From Malacoraja senta (taxonomy: Eukaryota), in assembly GCA_038087875.1 (NCBI GenBank), contig JAXLNO010000502.1:62001-110485 (forward strand): a stretch of DNA of 48,485 nucleotides. The letters are read 5' to 3'. Below, one piece after another: positions 35,348-48,440 of this stretch (within the stretch, counting starts at the first letter, position 1; each line of letters begins with the position of its first letter). The notes below the pieces were generated by a model. It had not been told where the DNA came from, searched no databases, and saw only the letters and a list, made by a program, of their open reading frames with translations. A program made the translations under genes and the position numbers.

Positions 35348-37579
35348 TGTATCTGGATCGAGCTTAACCAGGGAGGAAGTGGAGGTAGATATAATTATAA
35401 CTTTGAAAAGCCATCTGGATAGGAAAAGTGTAGGGGATGGAAGCTTAGTGTGGGTGAGTCTGATTAGAATAGTTACTGTAGGCAACATGGCTGCAATGTT
35501 AAAGGACTTGTTTCTGTGTAACCTTTCTATGATTCGCATATAGGCACAAAATGCTGGAGTAACTCAGCAGGACAGGCAGCATCTCCGAATAGAAGGAATG
35601 TGTGATGTTTCACAGAGTGCTGGAATAACTCAGCAGGACAATAGACAATAGGTGCAGGAGTAGGCCATCTGGCCCTTCGAGCCAGCACCGCCATTCAATG
35701 TGATCATGGCTGATCATCCCCAATCAGAACAGGCAGCATCTCCGGTTAGAAGGAATGTGTGATGTTTCACAAAATGCTGGAGTAACTCAGCAGGACAGGC
35801 AACATCTCTGGATAGAAGGAATAGCTGATGTTTCCAGTCAAGACCTTTCTTCAGACATGATTCCCAATCTGGCAAGGTATAACTATTAGGGTACTACAGG
35901 GTTTAGTGTTTTGGCTCAAGATATTCACAGTCAATATCCTCGTTTGCTGGCAATTGACTTGTCATCTAATTCATTAGAGACCCAAGCACCTCTACTTGTG
36001 ATCATCCTGCCACAACTAGAGAGCGGTCCTGAATTATTCTCTATTTAATCGGACTTTCCTGGACTTTATCTTGCACTAAACGTTATTCCCTTTATCCTAT
36101 ATCCGTACACTGTGAATGACTTGATTGTAGTCTTGTCATTGACTGGATAGCATGCAACTAAAAGGTTTTTCACTGTACCACAGTACATGTGACTATAATT
36201 AGTAAAATGAACTAGATGAGATTGTGAGTATGAAGGAGGATATAAAGAGCTGTGGATACAGTTAAATAGTGGGCTAGAGTATTGAAGCAGGAATATAATA
36301 TGAGAAATTACCAGGCGAGACACCCTGGTGCATAGAACAGAAAAGATAAATGCTTGTCACACGATGGTAGATTAGACAGAGTTGATGTCCACAGAGAGGA
36401 ACATGCAGAATCAGCACGTGATTAGAACAGCAAATTGGAGACTAATATGATTTATGTTCTGTTAGATTTTATAAAGAGAGTATTTGATTGCAGGAGTAAG
36501 GAAATCATTTTGAATTAAATGTAGTGTTGGAGAGATTGCACCTGTAGATTTGTGTAAATTTCTGGTCTCCTTGCTGAAGGTACCAGAACCAGGGGCCACA
36601 GTTTAAGAATAAGGAGTACGCCATTTAGAACGGACACGAGGAAACACTTTTTCTTCTAGAGTGGTGAGTCTGTGGAATTCTTTGCCTCAGAGGGCGGTGG
36701 AGGCCGGTTCTCTTTATGCTTTCAAGAGAGAGCTAGATAGGGATTTTAAAAATAGCGGAGTCAGGGGATATGGGGAGAAGGCAGGAACGGGGTACTGATT
36801 GGGGATGGACAGCCATGATCACATTGAATGGTGGTGCTGGCTCGAAGGGCCAAATGGCCTACTCCACCTATTGTCTATTGTAGGATGTACTTGTCGTCGA
36901 GGAAGTGCAGTGAAGATTTGCCAGCTGGCTTCCAGGACCAAGATTTTTCTTTATTTATTCTACTATCAGTCTGTGTGGTTTAATGCTATTTTTTTTTTTT
37001 TGGACTAACTGCAACACAAAAACACAAAATGACCCACAATAACAGAATCAGGTTGAAGAAATACTTATTGCTGGTGTTTTATTTGCTTTTTGAATAAGTT
37101 CTAATGTTTTTGTATTGGCATAAACAACAAAGACAGCCACCATCTTACTCGCTATTCCAGAATGTCAGATATACAGCATCTAAAGTTCCTAAAGCCATGT
37201 GTTAAATACTTCTGCTGAAAACAGTTCAGTGGGCAAGATGTTTACAGTGTCATTTACAAATACTAGTAAACTGTTAGCTTCTTGATGACAGGCATATATC
37301 CACCTGCAACAGACTGCAGAACAGTCTTTGATGCTTCATTTACTCCTTGCTGTGTGCACAAAACCTTGGGCTATTCACACGAGAAAGAGCCAACTCTTTA
37401 CTTTACTAGATGGCTGTTTTCATAAATAGTTTCTGAAAGAAAAGCAAAAGATAAACAATAGGCAATCAAGAGAACTGAAAATCACGTGAAAGTGTTGTAG
37501 TGCACACCGTATCACTGGTCATTGGGGTTAGGGTTACCCTAACCCTATACAGCCTATCCACAGTGTTCTATCCTCACTA

Positions 37580-38398
37580 TTGTGGGGTTATCCCCTTTGG
37601 TAGCAAAAACAGGAAGGCAGATTACTATCTAAATGGCGTCAAGTTGGGAAACTGGATCTGGGGGTCCTTGTTCATCAGTCTATGAAAGTAAGCCTGCAGG
37701 TACAGCAGGCAGTGAAGAAAGCGAATGGCATGTTGACCTTTATAACAAGAGGAATCGAGTATAGGAGCAAAGAGGTCCTTCTGCAGTTGTACAGAGCCCT
37801 AGTGAGACCACACCTGGAGTATTGTGTGCAGTTTTGGTCCCCTAATTTGAGGAAGGACATTCTTGCTATTGAGGGAGTGCAGCGTAGGTTTACAAGGTTA
37901 ATTCCTGGGATGGCGGGACTGTGATATGCTGAGAGAATGAAGCAGCTGGGCTTGTACACTTTGGAGTTTAGAAGGATGAGAGGGTATCTCATTGAAACGT
38001 ATAAGATTGTTAAGGGTTTGGACACACTAGAGGCAGGAAACATGGCTGAAGAAGGATTTCGATGTTCCCGATGTTAGGGGAGTCTAGAACCAGGGGCCAC
38101 AGATTAAGAATAAGGAGTAAGCCATTTAGAACGTAGACGAGGAAACACTTTTTCTCACAGAGAGTGGTGAGTCTGTGGAATTCTCTGCCTCAGAGGGCGG
38201 TGGAGGCAGGTTCTCTGGATGCTTTCAAGAGAGAGCTAGATAGGGCTCTTAAAGATAGCGGAGTCAGGGGATATGGGGAGAAGGCAGGAACGTTGTACTG
38301 ATTGGGGATGATCAGCCATGATCACATTGAATGGCGGTGCTGGCTCGAAGGGCCGAATGGCCTCCTCCTGCACCTATTCTCTATTGTCTATTGTCTAT
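37580..38398 (+). mobile_element. CR1 3' end
   Basis: RT C-terminal motifs and hairpin. Confidence 0.9.
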
Positions 38399-38701
38399 TC
38401 AAAGCACATGAACAGAATCTTGCTCCAAAACCATCTCATAAGGTTACCAGAATGGTGCTGGCATTAGATATTAGCTGCAAGGGAGGTTATCAAACATGGA
38501 TTCACTCTTTGATAATGTTTGATAATGTTTCCGTTTTTCTCTCCCCATTAATTCAGCTGCACTGCTTGATGTCCTCACACACCTGAAGTTCACAACTTTG
38601 AAAGACAAATGCTGGCTTCTGGAATGATGCACAGAATGTTGGAAGAACATCTGGATGTTGATAAACATTTCTATGGGTCAGCGTTCTTCCAGTGTTCTGC
38701 T

Positions 38702-38805
38702 TCACGAGCTTATCTCATAGTTGTTGTTCATTCCCCCCCCCTCTCCCTCTCTAACTGTCCCTATTAACCCATGCGATCCCCACAGAGGCACAGATGTGGC
38801 ACTGG
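38702..38805 (-). CDS. Candidate terminal cytoplasmic exon of the Ig receptor
   Basis: Acceptor catcactttgcacacag, phase 1, open to TGA: ASATSVPLWGSHGLIGTVREGEGGGMNNNYEISS*. Lies in non-repeat DNA. Other acceptors exist nearby and I have no homology support. Confidence 0.4.
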
Positions 38806-38884
38806 CTGTGTGCAAAGTGATGGCAGAATGTTATCTTGACACACGAGCGAATTAACCCATTAACCTCAACAACATATCCCAATG

Positions 38885-39680
38885 GTGATCTGACATGGAC
38901 ATCACACGCTGCAGCACTGGTGAGTAAGGCAAGGCAGCGCCTTTACCACTTCAGGCAATTGAGGAAATTCAGAGTGTCTCTGAGGATCCTCCAGTGCTTC
39001 TATTCAGCGGCTGTGGAAAGCATCTTGTCCGGAAATATTACAATCTGGTTTGGGAACTGCTCTGCCCAGGACAAGAAGGCTCTGCAGAGAGTAGATCGTT
39101 CGGCCGAACGCACTATGGGAACTACACTCGCCCCCCTGCAGGAACTACACATCAGAAAGTGCAGATCCAGAGCCAATAAGATCATGGGAGACCCCTCAAC
39201 CCCAGCAACGGACTGTTCCAGCTGTTACGGTCAGGCAAACGCCTCCTTTGCCATGCTGTGAAAACAGAGAGGTTGAGAAGGAGTTTCTTCCCAGAGGCCA
39301 TTAGGACTGTAAACTCCTATCTCACCAGGGACTAACTTTACTGAACCACTCGACTGGTTTTTTAAAAATTGCTGTGTTTTTTCCTTTTTCCTTCCTCCCA
39401 CAATATGTAATATGTAAAAGGATATGTGGTACACAAAAATGCTGGAGAAACTCAGCGGGTGCAGCAGCATCTATGGAGCGAAGGAGATAGGCAACGTTTC
39501 GGGCCGAAACCCTTCTTCAGACATATTAAAAGAATATGTGATTCTGTTCCATTCTGTTTGTAGTTTGTTTGTTTGTTTGTTTTTTGCACAAAGTCCGTGA
39601 GCATTTGCCACTTTTCATTTCCACTGCACATCTCGTATGTGTATGTGACGAATAAACTTGACTTAACTTGACTTGACTTG
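38885..39680 (+). mobile_element. Rex1/Babar-type LINE 3' end with an inserted Penelope module (39429-39522)
   Basis: DLTWTSH...KARQRLYHFRQLRKF; (ACTTG)n tail; same family as 1243-1855. Confidence 0.88.
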
Positions 39681-39699
39681 ACCCTGGCACACCTTATGA

Positions 39700-40150
39700 C
39701 AGAAGGAACAGGGTGATGGGAATGGTGGGGACAGCTGTGCACCAGGGTGGGGAGATACTACTTGAAATGAGAGAATCCAATGTTCACACTGTTCCCAAGC
39801 AGAATATGCTGTGCTGTTTCTTCTGTTTTTGGATGGACTCCGTCTGGCAATGGAGGAGGCCAAGAACAGACAGGTCAGGATGGGAATGAGAAGGGACGTT
39901 AGGATCTGGGAGAATTAGCAGATCTTGGTGGAGGTGTTTCGGTGAAACAGTAGAAGCAGTAGACGCGGTTGGAAGACGAGCATGTCTCACCTGGAAGGGC
40001 TGCAGAGGGGAGTGTAGGAAATGAAGGTTAGGACCAGGGGAACTCTACCCCTGTCCATCTGCGATGGAGGGGTGGGGTCGGGGAGAGGTGGGGGTGCGAG
40101 GGCAGAAATGGGGACAAAGAGATCAAGAAAGGGAGTTTACTCCCATCACC
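39700..40150 (-). mobile_element. Penelope-like element GIY-YIG C-terminal remnant
   Basis: SHSHPDLSVLGLLHCQ...QHSIFCLG; related fragments ETKRRLGDRFTEHL (~2590-2640) and HLILRLGSL (~28620-28648). Confidence 0.65.
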
Positions 40151-40156
40151 ATGTTA

Positions 40157-41983
40157 CATAGATACATAGATACATAGAAAATAGGTGCAGGAGTAGGCCA
40201 TTCGGCCCTTCGAGCCTGCACCGCCATTCAATATGATCATGGCTGATCATCCAACTCAGTATCCCGTACCTGCCTTCTCTCCATACCCCCTGATCCCTTT
40301 AGCCACAAGGGCCACATCTAACTCCCTCTTAAATATAGCCAATGAACTGGCATCAACTACCCTCTGGCAGAGAGTTCCAGAGATTCACCACTCTCTGTGT
40401 GAAAAAGTTTTTCCTCATCTCGGTCTTAAAGGATTTCCCCTTATCCTTAAGCTGTGACCCCTTGTCCTGGACTTCCCCAACATCGGGAACAATCTTCCTG
40501 CATCTAGCCTGTCCAACCCCATAAGAATTTTGTACGTTTCTATAAGATCCCCTCTCAATCTCCTAAATTCTAGCGAGTATAAGCCAAGTCTATCCAGTCT
40601 TTCTTCATATGAAAGTCCTGACATCCCAGGAATCAGTCTGGTGAACCTTCTCTGCACTCCCTCTATGGCTATAATGTCCTTCCTCAGATTTGGAGACCAA
40701 AACTGTTCGCAATACTCCAGGTGTGGTCTCACCAAGACCCTGTACAACTGCAGTAGAACCTCCCTGCTCCTATACTCAAATCCTCTTGCTATGAAGGCCA
40801 ACATACCATTCGCTTTCTTCACTGCCTGCTGCACCTGCATGCCTACTTTCAATGACTGGTGTACCATGACACCCAGGTCTCACTGCACCTCCCCATTTCC
40901 TAATCGGCCACCATTTAGATAATAGTCTGCCTTCCCGTTTTTTTGCCACCAAAGTGGATAACCTCACATTTATCCACATTATACTGCATCTGCCAAACAT
41001 TTGCCCACTCCCCCAGCCTATCCAAGTCACCTTGCAGTCTCCTAGCATCCTCCTCACAGCTAACACTGCCCCCCAGCTTAGTGTCATCCGCAAACTTGGA
41101 GATGTTGCTTTCAATTCCCTCGTCCAGATCATTAATATAAATTGTAAATAGCTGGTGTCCCAGCACTGAGCCTTGCGGTACCCCACTAGTCACTGCCTGC
41201 CATTGTGAAAAGGACCCGTTTACTCCTACTCTTTGCTTCCTGTTTGCCAGCCAGTTCTCTATCCACATCAATACTGAACCCCCAATACCGTGTGATTTAA
41301 GCTTGTATCCTAATCTCTTATGTGGTACCTTGTCGAAAGCCTTCTGAAAGTCCAGATACAACACATCCACTGGTTCTCCCCTATCCACTCTACTAGTTAC
41401 ATCCTCGAAAAATTCTATAAGATTCGTCAGACACGATTTACCTTTCGTAAATCCATGCTGACTTTGTCCAATGATTTCACCACTTTTCCAAATGTGCTGC
41501 TATCCCATCTTTAATAACTGACTCTAGCAGTTTCCCCACTACCGATGTTAGACTAACTGGTCTGTAATTCCCCGTTTTTTCTCTCCCCTCCCTTCTTAAA
41601 AAGTGGGGTTACGTTTGCTACCCTCCAATCCTCAGGAACTACTCCAGAATCTAAAGAATTTTGAAAAATTATCACTAATGCATCCACTATTTCTGGAGCT
41701 ACTTCCTTAAGTACTCTGGGATGCAGCCTATCTGGCCCTGGTGATTTATCGGCCTTTAATCCATTCAATTTACCCAACACCACTTCCCGACTAACCTGGA
41801 TTTCACTCAGTTCCTCCATCTCCTTTGACCCGCGGCCCCCTGCTATTTCCGGCAGATTATTTATGTCTTCCTTAGTGAAGACGGAACCAAAGTAGTTATT
41901 CAATTGGTCCGCCATATCCTTGTTCCCCATGATCAATTCACCTGTTTCTGACTGCAAGGGACCTACATTTGTTTTAACTATCC
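40157..41983 (-). mobile_element. Young ~1.8-kb CR1 (RT domain to 3' tail)
   Basis: KSPGPD, YLDFQKAFDKVPH, FADDTK and RPHLEYC motifs; few frameshifts; (ATAGATAC)n tail. Confidence 0.95.
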
Positions 41984-41999
41984 CTCCCACTGCTCATCA

Positions 42000-44900
42000 C
42001 ATAGAAACATAGAAAATAGGTGCAGGAGTAGGCCATTCGGCCCTTCGAGCCTGCACCGCCATTCAATATGATCATGGCTGATCATCCAACTCAATATCCT
42101 GTACCTGCCTTCTCTCCATACCCCCTGATCCCTTTAGCCACAAGGGGCCACATCTAACCCTCTTAAATATAGACAATGAACTGGCCTCAACTACTTTCTG
42201 TGGCAGATAATTCCACAGATTCACCATTCTCTGTGTGAAAAAAAAATTCTCATCTCGGTCCTAAAAGACTCCCCCCTTATCCTTAAACTGTGACCCCTTG
42301 TTCTGGACTTCCCCAACATCGGGAACAATCTTCCTGCATCTAGCCTGTCAACCCCTTAAGAATTTTGTAAGTTTCTATAAGATCCCCCCTCAATCTTCCA
42401 AATTCTAGCGAGTACAAGCCGAGTCTATCCAGTCTTTCTTCATATGAAAGTCCTGCCATCCCAGGAATCAGGCTGGTGAACCTTCTCTGTACTCCCTCTA
42501 TGGCAAGAATGTCTTTCCTCAGATTAGGAATCCCCTCAGATCACCCACCCCCCCCCCCTCTGCTCACCACCCTCCCTCCCACTGCTCACCGCCCCTCCAT
42601 CCGCTCATCTTCCCTACTTCGAGACCCCAGTTTTATTCTCCTCTTCCCCTCCCCTTCCAACCATATCCCTCCCCCTCAGACTGCATTCCACTCCTCTTTC
42701 TCCTCTTTGTCTCCATTTCACTTCTAGCCTTTTCACATACTCCACCCATCAGCTCATCACCCCCCCCCCGCCACCCATCACTTGCCAAAATTTGCCCCAT
42801 TTCCCTTTTCCAATCTCCTCCTACTACTCCAGTCTGAAGGTTTCCAACCTGATAAGTCATCTGTCCATTTCCTCCACAGATGTTGCCTGATCCGCCGATC
42901 TCTCCCCTCACCAGTATCCACCTATCCTCCCTGTCTTTGCCCCACCACACCTCGCTTTTCTAGGTTTCTCCCCCCTATCCCATCAGTCTGAACAAGGGTC
43001 CTGACTTGAAACATCGTCCATCCGTTCCCTCCACAGATGCTGCCAGACCCACTGAGTTCCTTCAGCACTTCAAGATTCCAGCATCTGCAGTCTCTTGTGT
43101 CTCCAAACATAGAAACAGAAAATAGGTACAGGATTTGGCCATTCGGCCCTTCGAGCCTGCACCGCAATTCAATATGATCATGGCTGATCATCCAACTCAG
43201 TATCCTGTACCTGCCTTCTCTCCATACCCCCTGATCCCTTTAGCCACAAGGGCCACATCTAACTCCCTCTTAAATATAGCCAATGAACTGGCCTCAACTA
43301 CCTTCTGTGGCAGAGAATTCCAGAGATTCACCACTCTCTGTGTGAAAAAAAAAATCTTATCTCGGTCCTAAAAGACTTCCCCCTTATCCTTAAACTGTGA
43401 CCCCTTGTTCTGGACTTCCCCAACATCGGGAGCAATCTTCCTGCATTGAATTTTGTAAGTTTCTATAAGATCCCCCCTCAATCTTCTAAATACTAGCGAT
43501 TACAAGCCGAGTCTATCCAGTCTTTCTTCATATGAAAGTCCTGACATCCCAGGAATCAGTCTGGTGAACCTTCTCTGTACTCTTTCAATGGCAAGAATGT
43601 CTTTCCTCAGATTAGGAGACCAAAACTGTACGCAATACTCCAGGTGTGGTCTCACCAAGACCCTGTACAACTGCAGTAGAACCTCCCTGCTCCTATACTC
43701 AAATCCTTTTGCTGTGATGCTAACATACCATTCGCTTCTATCATGATTCTATCCACAGTGTTGATCTGCCTGAATCAGTGCTGTTATCTCTGTATTTCAC
43801 AGTCTGCCACTGTGGCCCATTCTATATTCACAATCTGTACATAATCTTCCATTTGTACCCAATATTTCCCTGTTAGATAACCACTGAGTACTTACCACTC
43901 TCTTTTGACCGTTTTGTTGTTTGTTTCTTCCTCTGGAAGCACAAGACAATGAGAATTATGTACCCAATATATCCTGGATAGCCACCATATCCCAGGTACT
44001 TAGAATCCACTGTGCTTTCCTTTGATGGTACTGCAATGGAATGTCAATATTTAGTAAAACAGTCACAAACATACTGTTTTTCTACAGAAGGTGAGTTTGA
44101 TAGAAACATAGAAAATAGGTGCAGGAGGAGGCCATTCGGCCCTTCGAGCCAGCACCGCCATTCATTGTGATCATTGCTGATCGTCCCCAATCAATAACCC
44201 GTGCCTGCCTTCTCCCCATATCCCTTGACTCCACTAGCCCCTAGAGCTCTATCTAACTCTCTCTTAAATCCATCCAGTGATTTGGCCTCCACTGCCCTCT
44301 GTGGCAGGGAATTCCACAAATTCACAACTCTCTGGGTGAAAACGTTTTTTCTCACTTCAGTCTTAAATGGCCTCCCCTTTATTCTAAGAGTGTGGCCCCT
44401 GGTTCTAGACTCACCCAACATTGGGAACATTTTTCCTGCATTTAGCTTGACCAGTCCTTTTATATATGTTTCTATAAGATCCCCCTCATCCTTCTAAACT
44501 CCAGTGAATACAAGCCTAGTCTTTTCAATCTTTCCTCATATGACAGTCCCGCCATCCCAGCGATCAATCTCGTGAACCTACGTTGTCCTTCCTCATATTC
44601 GGGGACCAAAAACTTTACACAATACTCCAGATGTGGTCTTACCAGAGCCCTATACAACTGCAGAAGAACCTCTTTACTCCTATACTGAAGTCCTCTTGTT
44701 ATGAAGACCAACATTCCAGAAATTTCTATTTTATCCTAGATTTCCAGCATTTGGATTTTGTTTAATGTTCATGTAATAATGAGGTACATATTTGAGACCT
44801 CACCTTGTCCTATGTCTCACACAGAGAGTCAGATAAGGCACATAAGGCCTCAGTCGAATGGGATAAATTGACAAGATGTTGGCTATTGAAGGTCAGAAGG

Positions 44901-46400
44901 CAGAGAGGGACTGGCACATGGTGCTGTGCAGAGGGGAGGGGAGGGAGGGGGAGGGGGAGTGGACGGGAGGGGAGGGGAGAAGGCAGGCACGGGTTATTGA
45001 ATTGTGGATGATCAGCTATGATCACAATGAATGGCGGTGCTGGCTCGAAGAGCCGAATGGCCTCGTCCTGCACCTATTTTCTATGTTTCTATGTTTCTAT
45101 GGGCAGCAGGTCAGTCGGCATCTGTGGAACCAGACAACAGTTAATGTTTCGGATCAGACCCTAGTCAAAATGTCTTATTCAGTATTCACTCTAAAGAAGG
45201 ACAATATTCTTGAAGAATTTAAGGGGCACAATGAAATCTGGAACTGATCAAGCATGAGAAGGGCCTGATGATATGTGTGGGAGGCAAGGGAGGAGATTAC
45301 TGGGACTCTGACGGAATCTCGCCTCAGTCAATTATTTATTCAGAAAGCTTGAGGGATTTAGAACAGGAGCAGGCCCTCCAACTCCATACCATACCATATG
45401 CACACACACTAATCCCATTTGTCCATGTCACCACCATACCCTTCTATGCTTTTTCTATTTAAATGTCTGTCTAAAAGCTTCTAAAACATAAGTAGATTGT
45501 CTTTAAAACTCCTTCCTATCAGCATAGAACATAGAGCGCTTCAGCACCCGAACTGGCCCTTCGTTCCACAACGTCTGTGCTGAACATAATGCCAGGCTCA
45601 TAAAAACATAGAAAATAGGAATCTCCTTCGAGCCTGCACCGCCATTCAATATGATCATGGCTGATCATCCAACTCAGTATCCTGTACCTGCTTCTCTCCA
45701 TACCCCCTGATCCTTTAGCCACAAGGGCCACGTCTAACTCCCCTTAAATATAGCCAATGAACTGGCCTCAACTACTTTCCGTGGCAGAGAATTCCAGAGA
45801 TTCACCACTCTCTGTGTGAACATTTTTTTTCTCATCTCGGTCCTAAAAGACTTCCCCCTTATCCTTAAACTGTGACCCCTTGTTCTGGACTTCCCCAACA
45901 TCGGGAACAATCTTCCTGCATCTAGCCTGTCCAACCCCTTAAGAATTTTGTACGTTTCTATAAGATCCCCCCTCAATCTTCTAAATTCTAGCGAGTACAA
46001 GCCGAGTCTATCCAGTCTTTCTTCATATGAAAGTCCTGCCATCCCAGGAATCAGTCTGGTGAACCTTCTCTGTACTCCCTCTATGTCAAGGATGTCTTGC
46101 CTCAGATTAGGAGACCAAAACTGTACGCAATACTCCAGGTGTGGTCTCACCAAGGCCCTGCACAACTGCAGTAGAACGTCCATGATCCTATACTCAAATC
46201 CTTTTGAAATGAATGCTAACATACCATTCGCCTTCTTCACTGCCTGCTGCACCTGCATGCCTACTTTCAATGACTGGTGTACCATGATACCCAGGTCTCG
46301 TTGCATCTCCCCTTTTCCTAATTGGCCACCATTCAGATAATAGTCTACTTTTCTGCTCTTGCCACCAAAGTGGATAACCTCACATTTATCTAAAGTGGAT
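42000..46400 (-). mobile_element. Series of CR1 3' ends (42000-42528, 43107-43738, 44100-44717, 45600-46400) in the Ig-gene introns
   Basis: RT C-terminal motifs and 3' hairpins. Confidence 0.9.
43896..44030 (-). CDS. Transmembrane exon of the Ig receptor
   Basis: Acceptor cattccattgcag and donor G|gtaagt; 135 nt, phase 1-1, in frame with the Ig exon: LPSKESTVDSKYLGYGGYPGYIGYIILIVLCFQRKKQTTKRSKES (hydrophobic stretch then RKK). Confidence 0.82.
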
Positions 46401-46588
46401 AACTGGCCCTTCGCCCCACAATGTCTGTGCTGAACATAATGCTCATGGTTCCCCTCTCCCCTTAGATGGTTCCAGGAAGGCAGGACATCAGTACCCTGGG
46501 GTTCCTGTCTTCTCCCCATATCCCCTGACTCCCCTGGCTATCTTTAAGAGAAATGAAGGAGCGGATGAACAATTGGTGATATACATAC

Positions 46589-46864
46589 GACAGAGCTGGA
46601 AGACAAAGTCTATGTGTTTGGAGCTGATGCGATTTTCCGCCTTACACTGATAGGCACCAACATCAGATTCCTGCACGTTCAGCAGCGTCAAGGAACGGTT
46701 GTTCTGTGACAGGTGATAGTTCATTCCATTTGACAGAGGCAGATCACATCGGTACCAGCTGTATCGGACAAGATTCCCCATCTGAATAGAGCATTCCAGA
46801 GTCACATTATCACCAGTCTGGGGCGCTTCAGGATTCATTCCAACTTGCAGACTGGACACAGCGA
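46589..46864 (-). CDS. Ig C2/I-type domain exon of a CEACAM/HEPACAM-like membrane receptor
   Basis: Acceptor gtttgtccacacag and donor C|gtatgt; 276 nt, symmetric phase 1-1. Ig motifs GDNVTLEC, YSWY, LSQNNRSLTLLNVQESDVGAYQCKAEN resemble CEACAM constant domains. N-glycosylation sequons NVT and NRS. Confidence 0.88.
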
Positions 46865-47235
46865 CTGTGTGGACAAACACAACATGGGTGAAGGAAAGAC
46901 TGGATCAAGAGCAGGATATCTGGAAAGATCGCAACACCAAGCATACGTACTGGAATCTTGCAAAAGTAAGGTGGCAACACAAGAGACCGCAGATGCTGGA
47001 GTAACATAGTCCGCCAATCAGTATCTATGGGGGAAAAGGATGGGCCAGAAGTGATAAGTGGAACCATCTAAGGGGAGAGGAGGAACCATGAGGAAGGGAA
47101 GAGTTAGTGTGTAAAGTGTATGGGTCATAGAGCACAGAAGTAGGCCCCTTCAGCCCAACCTGCCCGTGCTGACCAAAGTAACCACCCGACTAGTTCCATA
47201 TACCTCTATTAGACCAATATCCATCTTAACCTTCC

Positions 47236-48440
47236 CGATCCATGTACCTGTAAAATACCGATCCATGTACCTGTCTGAACCATGTACCTGTCTGATCCAT
47301 GTACCTGTCCAAGGAATCGATCCATATACCTGTCCGAACCATGTACCTGTCTGATCCATGTACCTGTCCAAGTACCGATCCATGTACCTGTCTGATCCAT
47401 GTACCTGTCTGAACCATGTACCTGTCTGATCCATGTACCTGTCCAAGTACCGATCCATGTACCTGTCTGATCCATGTACCTGTCAGATCCATGTACCTGT
47501 CCGATCCATGTACCTGTCCGATCCATGTACCTGTCTGATCCATGTACCTGTCCGATCCATGTACCTGTCCGATCCATGTACCTGTCCGATCCATGTACCT
47601 GTCTGATCCATGTACCAGTCCGATTCCATGTACCTGTCTGATCCATGTACCTGTCCGATCCATATACTGTCTGATCCATGTACCTGTCCGATCCATGTAC
47701 CTGTCTGATCCATGTACCTGTCCGATCCATATACCTGTCCGATCCATGTACCTGTCTGATCCATGCACCTGTCCGATCCATATACCTGTCCGATCCATAT
47801 ACCTGTCGGATCCATGTACCTGTCGGATCCATGTACCTGTCCGATCCATGTACCTGTCTGATCCATGTACCTGTCTGATCCATGTACCTGTCTGATCCAT
47901 GTACCTGTCCAAGTGCCGATCCCATGTACCTGTCTGATCCACATACCTGTCCGATCCATGTACCTGTCCAAGTGCCGATCCATGTACCTGTCCGATCCAT
48001 GTACCTGTCTGATCCATGCACCTGTCCGATCCATATACCTGTCCGATCCATGTACCAGTCTGATCCCTGTACCTGTCGGATCCATGTGCCTGTCCGATCC
48101 ATGTACCTGTCTGAACCATGTACCTGTCTGATCCATGTACCTGTCTGATCCATGTACCTGTCCAAGTGCCGATCCATGTACCTGTCTGATCCACATACCT
48201 GTCCGATCCATGTACCTGTCCAAGTGCCGATCCATGTACCTGTCCGATCCATGTACCTGTCTGACTCCTGTACCTGTCCGATCCATGTACCTGTCTGATC
48301 CATGTACCTGTCTGATCCATGTACCTGTCTGATCCATGTACCTGTCCAATCCATATACCTGTCTGATCCATGTAGCTGTCTGATCCATGTACTGTCCAGT
48401 GGCCGATCCATGTACCTGTCCAAGTGCCGATCCATGTACC
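47236..48440. repeat. 17-bp minisatellite (GATCCATGTACCTGTCY)n with 25-bp variant units, inside an antisense CR1 3' end
   Basis: Tandem units directly visible over ~1.2 kb; a CR1-type 3'UTR flanks it at ~47126-47240. Confidence 0.95.

Noticed and set aside
47209..48435. Long ORFs (408, 381 and 301 aa)
   Set aside because: Open in all three - frames because the 17-bp repeat lacks stop codons; no splice or codon evidence
6840..48440. Tandem arrays as possible CRISPR arrays
   Set aside because: Units are contiguous with no unique spacers, there are no cas genes, and the context is vertebrate
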